The notes under the pieces: generated by a model
Told to the model about the DNA's origin: nothing
Databases searched by the model: none
Seen by the model: the letters and a program-made list of their open reading frames with translations, nothing else
Shown here: piece after piece, positions 55,901-64,000 of the stretch
How the letters are laid out: the number at the start of each line of letters is the position of its first letter
How positions within the stretch are numbered: the stretch's first letter is position 1
From: Chloroflexota bacterium
GTDB taxonomy: Bacteria; Chloroflexota; UBA11872
Assembly: GCA_028873795.1 (NCBI GenBank)
Contig: JAPPNP010000054.1
Span: 17,099-81,098, forward strand
Reading direction: 5' to 3'
DNA length: 64,000 nt
Translations under genes and position numbers: made by a program

Positions 55901-57109
55901 TCAGTCATCGTGGGTCTCGACGTTGATCACGGCGCGCCGGATGCGTTGCGAGGGGAGTTGGTTGGTGCCCATCTCGCGGGTGAAGTCGGAGTGCGAGAAC
56001 ACGACGTGCAGCTGGCCGTCCTGGACGAAGGTGGTGGTGTAGGAGCACCCCGGGCCGGTATGGAAGGGGAACGGCATCTCCCAGTGACTGCCGGTGCCGT
56101 CGAGGCTCAGGATCACGTGGGTGACCTGCGGATGCCCGTAGCCGCCGCGTCCCGAGACGGCCGCCAGCACGCCGTTCGAGAGGAGATGGAGCCGCGGTTT
56201 CACGGCGGGCCAGCCCATGCACTCGGGCTCGGTCCACGTATCGCCGCCGTCGGGGGAGCGCGTCTGGAAAATCGGCGAGTACGAGCCGCTACGCATGATC
56301 AGCACCAGGTCGCCGTTGGATGCGATCTCCAGGTCGGCTTCGTCGAATCCCTCGTCGACGGGCCGGTCGTGCGGGCCGTAGACCTGCTCGTGCTCCCAAG
56401 GATGGAAAGCCGCCGTAACTTCCCAGGTTTCGCCGTTGTCGTGCGAGCGGATAATGCCCACCGAGAAGCGCATGTTGAAATGCGGGCGGCCCCGGCGGTC
56501 CACGCCCGGCAGGCGCGGCGGTGCGCCCGCCAGCACGCCCACGGCCGTCAGCAACTCGCCGCCGCCGAGCTCGAGAATCCTGGCGTAGTTCTCGTAAGAC
56601 CCAGTCTCCCAGGGCGTGTTCTGCAGCGTGATCAGGCGGTTTTCCAGCGGTTCGCCAGAATTGCTCCAGCGCCGCCAGCGCAGCCTGTGGTCGGCCGTTT
56701 GCATGATCGCGTGCAAGGGACCATCGCGCCGACTCCATTGGCGATGCTCGAGATCGGCCTGGTGGACGTCGATGTGGGTGATGGTGCCGTCTTGCATGTA
56801 GCCACGGTTGCCGCCGGCGAAGGTGAGGTAGTTCTCGCCGGTCAGTGGGTGCGCGTCGAGGAACGGGCTGTCGAGGCCCAGCAACGTCCAGGTGGCGCCG
56901 CCGTCCTCGGAGAGAAAGGTGCGCAGCGGCTCGCCCTCGAAGTCACCGTGACGGGCGTGATTGGCGCTCAGCACCAGCCGATCCCCGTCGAGCACGACGA
57001 TGCCCGGAAAATTCACGATGGTGTCGGTGTATTCGACGAACGTGTCGATGCGCTCGACCGAGATGGTGGCGCGTCGTCCGTCGCGTGCGTAGGTGGCCGT
57101 GGTCAGCAT
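55901..57109 (-). CDS. BNR/Asp-box sialidase-like protein, array member 1
   Basis: Start MLTTATY follows AAGGAG and aligns with paralog starts; Asp boxes present. Confidence 0.85.
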   Translation of the reverse strand: MLTTATYARDGRRATISVERIDTFVEYTDTIVNFPGIVVLDGDRLVLSANHARHGDFEGEPLRTFLSEDGGATWTLLGLDSPFLDAHPLTGENYLTFAGGNRGYMQDGTITHIDVHQADLEHRQWSRRDGPLHAIMQTADHRLRWRRWSNSGEPLENRLITLQNTPWETGSYENYARILELGGGELLTAVGVLAGAPPRLPGVDRRGRPHFNMRFSVGIIRSHDNGETWEVTAAFHPWEHEQVYGPHDRPVDEGFDEADLEIASNGDLVLIMRSGSYSPIFQTRSPDGGDTWTEPECMGWPAVKPRLHLLSNGVLAAVSGRGGYGHPQVTHVILSLDGTGSHWEMPFPFHTGPGCSYTTTFVQDGQLHVVFSHSDFTREMGTNQLPSQRIRRAVINVETHDD

Positions 57110-57358
57110 GGGCCTGAGCTCCTTCGAGCCCTGGCGGGCTGCGGAGGCGTCGTGACCCGAGTACACCACGCCCGCACGCGCCGCGCGAGTGTCGCGAGTG
57201 CGGCGCGTGGCACCCGGGTAATCCAATCGTCCAGGCGCTGGCGGGTGGCGGGCCGTGTTGCCGGTCGGCGCACCTATTGAGTAGCATGCCCTTGCTCGGG
57301 GAACTTGCGCAGAGCGGACGCGCAACGCAGACACCGCGCTTCGGCGTGAAGGGATGAC

Positions 57359-58327
57359 ATGACCCAATACATCATCCGTCGCGTTCTCATCTCGATTCCG
57401 CTGCTGTTCTTGCTGTCCCTGACGTCGTTCATCGTCTTCCAGCTCGCGCCGGGCGACCCGATTCAGGCGTTGATCGATCCCGAAGAAATGCTCTACATGG
57501 GGCCCCACGACATCGAGGAGCTCCTCAAGGAGTACGGGCTCGACAAGCCGGTGCCGGTGCAGTACTTCCTCTGGCTGAAGGAAGCCATCCAAGGCAATCT
57601 GGGCTACTCCATCCAGACGCACAATGTTCCTGTGCTGGAGTTGATCCTCGACCGGCTGCCGCCGACGATCAGCTTGATGACGGCCACGGTGGCGGTGGGA
57701 TTGGCCCTTGGTCTGCTGTTCGGCGTGATCTCAGCCCTCTACCAGTACTCGCGAATGGACTACACGCTCACGATCAGCGCCTTCTTCATGCTGTCCGTGC
57801 CCGAGTTCTTCTTCGCGTTGATGGGCATGTTCATCTTTGCGGTGACCTTGGGGTGGTTCCCGACGTTTGGCATGTGGACGCCCGGTGGCGAGACCGGCAT
57901 TAACTGGGACTTGCTGCACCACGCGGTGCTGCCGGTGTTCGCGCTGGCCATGAACGATATCGCCGGCCTGATGCGATATGCGCGCGCGTCGGTGCTCGAC
58001 ACCATTTCCGCCGACTTCGTGACCACGGCCCGGGCCAAGGGCCTGAGCGAGCGGCTGATTCTCTGGAAGCACGTCTTCCGCAACGCGCTGATTCCGATCG
58101 TCACGCTGATCGGTCTCCGGCTGCCGGTGCTGTTCGGCGGCGCGCTGATCGTCGAGACGATCTTCCGCTGGCCGGGAGTCGGTTTGCTGGGATACACCGC
58201 ACTGTTGCAGCGCGACTACCCGGTGATCATGGGCGTGCTCATCATCTCGTCGGTCATCACGCTGGCGGCAAACCTGCTGACCGATATTGCCTACGCCTGG
58301 GTTGATCCACGGGTCCGCCACTCATGA
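57359..58327 (+). CDS. Peptide/nickel-family ABC permease (OppB/DppB-like)
   Basis: APGDP, GLDKP..VQY and TARAKGL..HVFRNAL (EAA) motifs. Confidence 0.95.
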   Translation: MTQYIIRRVLISIPLLFLLSLTSFIVFQLAPGDPIQALIDPEEMLYMGPHDIEELLKEYGLDKPVPVQYFLWLKEAIQGNLGYSIQTHNVPVLELILDRLPPTISLMTATVAVGLALGLLFGVISALYQYSRMDYTLTISAFFMLSVPEFFFALMGMFIFAVTLGWFPTFGMWTPGGETGINWDLLHHAVLPVFALAMNDIAGLMRYARASVLDTISADFVTTARAKGLSERLILWKHVFRNALIPIVTLIGLRLPVLFGGALIVETIFRWPGVGLLGYTALLQRDYPVIMGVLIISSVITLAANLLTDIAYAWVDPRVRHS

Positions 58328-58346
58328 TCCAGCATCGAGGGGCCGC

Positions 58347-59315
58347 ATGAGCACTGAGAGTCGAGCCATGGACGAATCCGGCGCTCAGCCGAGTACGCCC
58401 ATTTCCCAGGCGGCTGCCGATCTTGCCGCGGAAGAGATCATCGAGCTTCCGCCGGAGCTTTCGCCGTTTCGCCGAGCGTTTCGGCGCTTTCTCGCCCATA
58501 AGCTGGCTCTCGCGGGGTTCATCTGTCTCACGGTGATGGCGCTGCTGGCCGCCACCCAGGCGATCGTGTCGCCGTTCGATCCCGAGAAGCCGCACCTGTT
58601 CAAAGTTAACCGTCCCCCGGACACCGTCAATTGGATGGGGACCGATCAGGTCGGGCGTGACGTATTCAGCCGGATTCTGCAGGGTGCGCGCGTGTCGCTG
58701 TCGGTGGGCATCGTCGCGGTCTCCATCTACGTCGTCATCGGCTTCATCATCGGGTCCATCTCGGGACTCGCCGGCGGCTACGTCGACGATGCATTAATGC
58801 GCTTTACGGACTTCGTGATGACCTTCCCGACGTTCATTCTTATCATCATCCTGGCGGGTATTACTGGTCCGAATATTTTCAACATCATGGTAATCATCGG
58901 AATCTTCGGCTGGCCGGGCCTGGCGCGGCTGTTCCGCGGCAACATCCTGGTGATGCGCGAACTGGAATACGTGATGGCGTCGAGTGCGCTGGGCGCCAGT
59001 CAGCGGTACATCATCGTGCGGCACATTCTGCCGAACATCGTCGGTCCGGTGACGGTGGCGATTACCCTGGGCGTGGCCGGTGCGATTCTCGCCGAGGCAG
59101 GGCTCAGCTTCCTCGGGTTCGGCGTCACCGAGCCCGCCGCGAGCTGGGGCTCGATGATCAACGCCGCGCGCGGCATCGCCTTCCTGGCCGGCTTCCCCTG
59201 GCTGTGGATCGCCCCGGGCGCGGCGATCAGCCTCGCGGTGCTCTCGATCAACTTTATGGGTGACGGCCTGCGCGACGCCTTCGACGTGCGTGGGCGCAGC
59301 CAGTCCGGCGAGTAG
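58347..59315 (+). CDS. Peptide/nickel-family ABC permease (OppC/DppC-like)
   Basis: GTDQVGRDVFSR, HILPN, EAGLSFLG and GDGLRDAFD motifs. Confidence 0.95.
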   Translation: MSTESRAMDESGAQPSTPISQAAADLAAEEIIELPPELSPFRRAFRRFLAHKLALAGFICLTVMALLAATQAIVSPFDPEKPHLFKVNRPPDTVNWMGTDQVGRDVFSRILQGARVSLSVGIVAVSIYVVIGFIIGSISGLAGGYVDDALMRFTDFVMTFPTFILIIILAGITGPNIFNIMVIIGIFGWPGLARLFRGNILVMRELEYVMASSALGASQRYIIVRHILPNIVGPVTVAITLGVAGAILAEAGLSFLGFGVTEPAASWGSMINAARGIAFLAGFPWLWIAPGAAISLAVLSINFMGDGLRDAFDVRGRSQSGE

Positions 59316-59451
59316 CCGCAACGCCTAGCTGTTCGACCGCCGGGATCTGAAAGCCCCCCGGCCGAGGTCAATCGGCGTCCGAGACTGACGCCCTTTCAGC
59401 CTGAATGTTGTCTGGTTGCCGCGTCGCCCTTCCGTGGGGCGGCGACGGCGA

Positions 59452-60390
59452 TCAGCCGGAGGCGGAGCCCACCAGCCCCAGGCGCTCGAGCTCCGGCTTG
59501 ACGCGTTCGAGGTCGGACTCGTCCGCCGACGTGTGCGGCAGTCGCAGGTGCCGCGACGCGATGCCGTTCAGCTCCAGGCACGCGCGCCAGAGCGATTGCC
59601 ACCCGCCGGGGAATGCCTTGCCGACGCGGACCACCTTGGGGTGGCCGGACAAGTCGAACAGCGGCGTCTCGATCTCCCGAACCACGCGCGCCGCGTCGGG
59701 TATGTCTCCCGACTGGAGTGAATCCCAGAACCGCCGGCCGACCTGGGGCGCGAAGCTGGTAGACCAGTCCATGAAGCTGCGGCAGCCATAGGTCCACTGC
59801 AGCATGTGGCGCCCGAGCTTGCCGCCGCTCATGAACTTCCAGTGGCCGTCGAACTCTTCGATTGTCTGCACGGCGTAGGCGTCCGTGCCGTCTTCCTTCA
59901 TGCAGCAGATATTCGGCTCGTCCACCAGCCGATGCAGCATTTCGTGCGGGGGAAAGCCGACGATCATCACCGGCATGACCGCCGCCACGGCCTTGTAGTG
60001 AGCCGCCATGCCCACGGGATCGCCCAGCTGACCGGACGGCGCCGCCATCACCACGTCGGCGCCGACCTCGCGCGCGTAGTGCGCGAACTCGACCGACTGG
60101 GTCGTGGCCCAGAGGCCGGTAGCGGCGACGACCATCGCGCGCCCAGCCGTGCGCTCGACGACGAAGCGCGTGATATCGGCCACTTCCTGCTCGCGCATAT
60201 AGGCGAACTGGCTGTCGCCGATCGTGAGCAGCGCCACCTGAGTGCCGCCCGCGATTCCGGTCTCGATGATGTTGGCGACACCGTCGTAGTCGATCGGGCC
60301 GTCGGCCAGAAAGCTGGTGGGAATGGACATCACCGGACCTTCGAGTTGCGTCTTGATCTCGTCGGGCGTCATTCGGTGCGGCTGGGCCAT
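59452..60390 (-). CDS. DHDPS/NAL-family aldolase-like protein 4
   Basis: GPVMSIPT, LTIGDS and CMKED motifs. Confidence 0.85.
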   Translation of the reverse strand: MAQPHRMTPDEIKTQLEGPVMSIPTSFLADGPIDYDGVANIIETGIAGGTQVALLTIGDSQFAYMREQEVADITRFVVERTAGRAMVVAATGLWATTQSVEFAHYAREVGADVVMAAPSGQLGDPVGMAAHYKAVAAVMPVMIVGFPPHEMLHRLVDEPNICCMKEDGTDAYAVQTIEEFDGHWKFMSGGKLGRHMLQWTYGCRSFMDWSTSFAPQVGRRFWDSLQSGDIPDAARVVREIETPLFDLSGHPKVVRVGKAFPGGWQSLWRACLELNGIASRHLRLPHTSADESDLERVKPELERLGLVGSASG

Positions 60391-60501
60391 GCGCGGCTCT
60401 CCCGGCGGGCGATTCCGCAGCGTATCCCAAGGATTCGTCGGCCCGCTGGTAGGCTTGCGCGCCGCTCGCCGGTCTCAATCCTCCCAGGCAAGGAAGACCC
60501 G

Positions 60502-62106
60502 ATGCTCGCTACCCCCCGCTACCGCGCCGGCACCAGGCTCGGGCAGATCGTCGAGCTCCCCGACGGGCAGTTCTTCACGCTCACCGCCGAGGGCAAGCCG
60601 CCCTTCCAAGAGACGCTGGGGGGCGCGGCTTTCGACGATCCGTGGACGCCGGAGCGCCTGCTGATGCGACGCGGTCGCGGCATCCCCATTGTCTGGTCCG
60701 AGCCGGAGGTGGTGCACACCATGCCCGGCAGCGCGGGGCTCTGGACGCTTGGTCGCGCCCTCGTCGACCGCAACGGCGATCTGCACGGAATCGGGATGCG
60801 GTTTCTCAAGTGGCCCAAGGACATCGAGCGGCCGGGCCGCGACGAAATGCGCTGCGACGTCTTTCACGTCGCGTCGCGAGACGGCGGCGCTACCTGGGAG
60901 CCCCCGCACCGCGTCGACTACGGGCGTGAGTACACCGGCGCGCTGCTGGGATTCACGCAACTCTCGAGCGGACGGCTGCTGCTGCCGCTGCACTTCTACG
61001 ACTTCGACCGCGAGGCCGGAAAAAACGTGGCGAAATCCTGCTATTCGGACGACGGCGGGCGCACGTGGCACGCCGACTCGACGGAACTGCCGGTGCCCTC
61101 GGGCGGGCGCCACAGTCACTCGGGGGCGGTCGAGCCGACGGCCGCGGAGCTTGGCGACGGCCGAGTCTGGATGGTCATTCGCACCCAATTCCGTCGGCTC
61201 TACGAGTCGTTCTCGAGCGATGGCCGAACCTGGAGCCCGCCGCAGCCGACGCGCTTCCGGGCGCCCAACTCACCCTGCTCCGCCGCGCGCCTGGCCGACG
61301 GCCGCTTGATGCTTGTCTGGAACAACACCCAGGGCCCGCCCTTCGGCGGCGAGACTCGCCAGGTGCATGCGTCGCGGCACGTCATGAACGCCGCGGTGTC
61401 GAGCGACGACGGGGCCACGTGGCAGGGCTACCGCGAGTTCGCGCGGCAGATCGACCACGACAACGTGGACGACCAGGTGAGCTACCCGATCATCAACCCG
61501 CTGTCGGACGGCCGCGTCCTGGTCCAGTTCGCCCACGTGATTGCGGGCTGGCGAAGAGTCGAGACCGACTACGTGGTCTTCGACCCCGACGTGCTGACCG
61601 AAACGACCGACGCCGACGATTTCACCCACGGCCTGCGCGGCTGGTCCACCAACGGCTGCGGCGGGGTGAGCGTGGCCCACGAGGCTGGCGAGGCCATGCT
61701 GCGCTTGCAGCGCGTGGACGAACGGCCGACGGCGGCTGAGCGGAACTTCCCCTTCGGTCCGAAGGGCGAGTTGCGATTCGAGATTCGCCGCGCCGCTGAC
61801 GCGATTGGCGTCGACCTCGTGCTGGACGAGGCGTTCTGGCGTCCGAACGATCGCCGCGCGGACGGCGCCGTGGACGCGTCCCTGGGCATCGCGGAGTTGC
61901 CGGCGGGAATATGGACGCCGGTAACCGTGGCCTGGGACATCGGCCGCGGCGAAGCGATCGTGAATGCCAACGGCGCCGAGCGCCGGTTGCCGATCCAGGG
62001 CGACGCGCCGGGGCTGTGCTACCTCACCCTGTACGGGCGCGCGCCGGGTCCCGAGCTTGCCGGAACCGACGTGCGGCGACTGACGGTCGAGGTGACGCCC
62101 GAGTAG
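60502..62106 (+). CDS. BNR/Asp-box sialidase-like protein with C-terminal beta-sandwich
   Basis: SRDGGATW, SDDGGRTW, AVEP, IRTQ, SDDGATW and SYP motifs. Confidence 0.85.
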   Translation: MLATPRYRAGTRLGQIVELPDGQFFTLTAEGKPPFQETLGGAAFDDPWTPERLLMRRGRGIPIVWSEPEVVHTMPGSAGLWTLGRALVDRNGDLHGIGMRFLKWPKDIERPGRDEMRCDVFHVASRDGGATWEPPHRVDYGREYTGALLGFTQLSSGRLLLPLHFYDFDREAGKNVAKSCYSDDGGRTWHADSTELPVPSGGRHSHSGAVEPTAAELGDGRVWMVIRTQFRRLYESFSSDGRTWSPPQPTRFRAPNSPCSAARLADGRLMLVWNNTQGPPFGGETRQVHASRHVMNAAVSSDDGATWQGYREFARQIDHDNVDDQVSYPIINPLSDGRVLVQFAHVIAGWRRVETDYVVFDPDVLTETTDADDFTHGLRGWSTNGCGGVSVAHEAGEAMLRLQRVDERPTAAERNFPFGPKGELRFEIRRAADAIGVDLVLDEAFWRPNDRRADGAVDASLGIAELPAGIWTPVTVAWDIGRGEAIVNANGAERRLPIQGDAPGLCYLTLYGRAPGPELAGTDVRRLTVEVTPE

Positions 62107-62185
62107 CTCCGGCCCGTTGCCTGGCGCGGCTCCCTGCCGCCGCTGGCGCTACCATGCGGCGATTGGGCGTTGCCGGGAGTGAGCC

Positions 62186-64000
62186 ATGTATTCGACCACC
62201 CCACCGGAGCTGACGGCGGTATCGCACTGGCCGGCCCGTTGGATCTGGACCGACGGCGAGCCCAAGCCGCGCAACTGCTATCTCATGGCCCGGCGGACGT
62301 TCGAGCTTGAAGGCGATGCGTCCCAGGCCGACCTGCACATCTCCGCAGCGGACCGCTATGTGCTGTGGGTCAACGGAAGCTATCTGGGCCGAGGACCAGC
62401 GCGCAGCGATCCACGGCGCAAGAGCTATGACACGCACGACGTGGCGGCGCACCTGACGTCGGGACGCAACGTCATCGCCGTGCAGGTCTACCACTACGGC
62501 ATCGAAGGTAGCCGCGGCACGGGCTGGGGCAGCAGCAGCGGTTCGTCCTACTCGGTCGGTGAGAGGGCGGGGTTCTGGGCGCAGCTCGATCTCACCCTGG
62601 ACGACGGCTCGGCACAGACCATCGGCACCGATTCGGACTGGGTGCTGCAGCCCGCAAAGGGCTGGCGCACCGACGTCGAGCTCATCAATAGCCTCGTGGG
62701 CTTCATCGAGGTCTACGACGCCGGGGCCGACCCGGCGGATTGGATGGATTTGGACTTCGACGACGGCGATTGGGCTCACGCGGTCGAGATCACCGGCAAC
62801 GACGTGGAGTGGTTCGTCTTCGAAAAGCGTGAGATCCCGCAGATGGAAGAGCGGATGCTCTATCCGCGCGAGGTCGTGGACGTGGGCGAGACCATCGACC
62901 TGGGCCGGGCAGGCCAGATCGACATTCCCGAGTTGCTGTACAGCGAGCCGCACCTGCCGTTGGCGAACGCGATTGCGGACGAGGTGTCGGCGACGCTGAC
63001 GCCCGACGATTCGACGGCAACGCTCCAGAGCGTATTCGCCCCCGGCCAGGGGATTCGCGCGCCCTTCGTGGTGGTGGACTTCGGCCGGCAGCTTTTCGGC
63101 TATCCCCGACTCGAATTCGAGGCGCCGGCAGGGGCCATCCTGGACGTGACCTACGGCCAGCAGCTGCTGGGCGGACGCATTCCGGCCGCGTTGCGCTATG
63201 GCGACCGCGTCATCACCCGCGAGGGCCGCCAGACCTGGCAGGTCGGCGAGTATCGACAGTTCCGCTTCCTGCACGTCACCGTTCGAAGCCGGCACGAGCC
63301 GGTGCGGCTCCAGTCGATCGGCCTGAACGAATACCGCTATCCGGCCGACATCCGCGGGCGCTTCGAGTGCTCGGACGAGGTGCTGACCAAGGTGTGGACG
63401 GCGTGCGTGGACACCATGGAGTCGCACATCGAGGACACGCTGGTCTGCGACTCCTACCGCGAGCGCGTGCCCTGGAGCGCCGGCGACGGCAGCCACGGGG
63501 GACGCTTCACTCACGTTGCCTGGGGCGACCTGCCGGTGGTGGACCGCTACTTTCGCCTGTTCACGCTGAGCGACCGCGGCGACGGGAACCTGATGATGGC
63601 CTTTCCGCCCAGCTTCTGGCCGACGCACGTGAATCAGCATTTCATGCTGCAGTGGAGCACGCGCATTCGCGAGATCTACCTCTACGGCGGGCGTCGCTGG
63701 GTGCTGAAGGAGCTATATCCCAGCGTGCGGAAGCAGCTCGATTGGTTCGTCCCGCACCGCGACCGCACGACCGGGCTCCTGACCTGGGTGCACCCGCTCT
63801 ATCACATCGATTGGACGCCCAACGACTTTCGCGGGGCGAGCATCATCACCAACTGCCTGTACGTGGCGAGCCTCGAGGACGCCGCGGCGCTTGCCGACGA
63901 AGTGGGTCGGGACGACGACGCCGCGCGGTGGCGCGAGATCGCGGGGCAGGTGCGCCCGACGGTGCGGGAGAGGTTCTGGAACGAGTCGCGCGGGCTGTTC
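62186..64000 (+). CDS. GH78 alpha-L-rhamnosidase-like protein, 3'-truncated by the window edge (absent from the ORF track)
   Basis: ARWIW, ADRYVLWVNG..GRGPARS, VVDFGRQLFG and VCDSYRERVPWSAGD motifs. Confidence 0.85.
   Translation, partial: MYSTTPPELTAVSHWPARWIWTDGEPKPRNCYLMARRTFELEGDASQADLHISAADRYVLWVNGSYLGRGPARSDPRRKSYDTHDVAAHLTSGRNVIAVQVYHYGIEGSRGTGWGSSSGSSYSVGERAGFWAQLDLTLDDGSAQTIGTDSDWVLQPAKGWRTDVELINSLVGFIEVYDAGADPADWMDLDFDDGDWAHAVEITGNDVEWFVFEKREIPQMEERMLYPREVVDVGETIDLGRAGQIDIPELLYSEPHLPLANAIADEVSATLTPDDSTATLQSVFAPGQGIRAPFVVVDFGRQLFGYPRLEFEAPAGAILDVTYGQQLLGGRIPAALRYGDRVITREGRQTWQVGEYRQFRFLHVTVRSRHEPVRLQSIGLNEYRYPADIRGRFECSDEVLTKVWTACVDTMESHIEDTLVCDSYRERVPWSAGDGSHGGRFTHVAWGDLPVVDRYFRLFTLSDRGDGNLMMAFPPSFWPTHVNQHFMLQWSTRIREIYLYGGRRWVLKELYPSVRKQLDWFVPHRDRTTGLLTWVHPLYHIDWTPNDFRGASIITNCLYVASLEDAAALADEVGRDDDAARWREIAGQVRPTVRERFWNESRGLF

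Noticed and set aside
50873-57109. Propeller array as a diversity-generating retroelement target or integron cassette array
   Set aside because: No reverse transcriptase, integrase, attC sites or adenine-specific TR/VR pattern seen.
1-64000. rRNA, tRNA, transposase or prophage genes
   Set aside because: None recognised by eye; tRNAscan-SE and Infernal were not run.

Overview
A high-GC, gene-dense bacterial window with about 60 real CDS and no rRNA, tRNA, CRISPR array or transposase. Gene style (monoderm-type lipoproteins, PhyH and Gfo/Idh/MocA expansions, several palindromic repeat families) suggests an uncultured Chloroflexota-like organism; this taxonomy is inference. Catabolic paralog expansions dominate. 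They comprise seven Asp-box (BNR/sialidase-like) beta-propellers, five of them in tandem at 50873-57109; four atypical DHDPS/NAL-family aldolases; six Gfo/Idh/MocA dehydrogenases; three xylose-isomerase-like TIM barrels; two GHL10-like proteins; two metal-free M24 hydrolases; an SGNH esterase; a GH78; and two ABC permeases with no partner genes. Several signals are missing from the ORF track: a DUF3179 selenoprotein (in-frame TGA in a W-U-P-L-C motif with a downstream hairpin), a probable ATC start codon, a catalytically degenerate Lon homologue, a leader ORF and hairpins coupled to a TetA(P)-like MFS gene, and a ~120-bp MITE family with IS5/IS1106-like ends, alongside several REP families.
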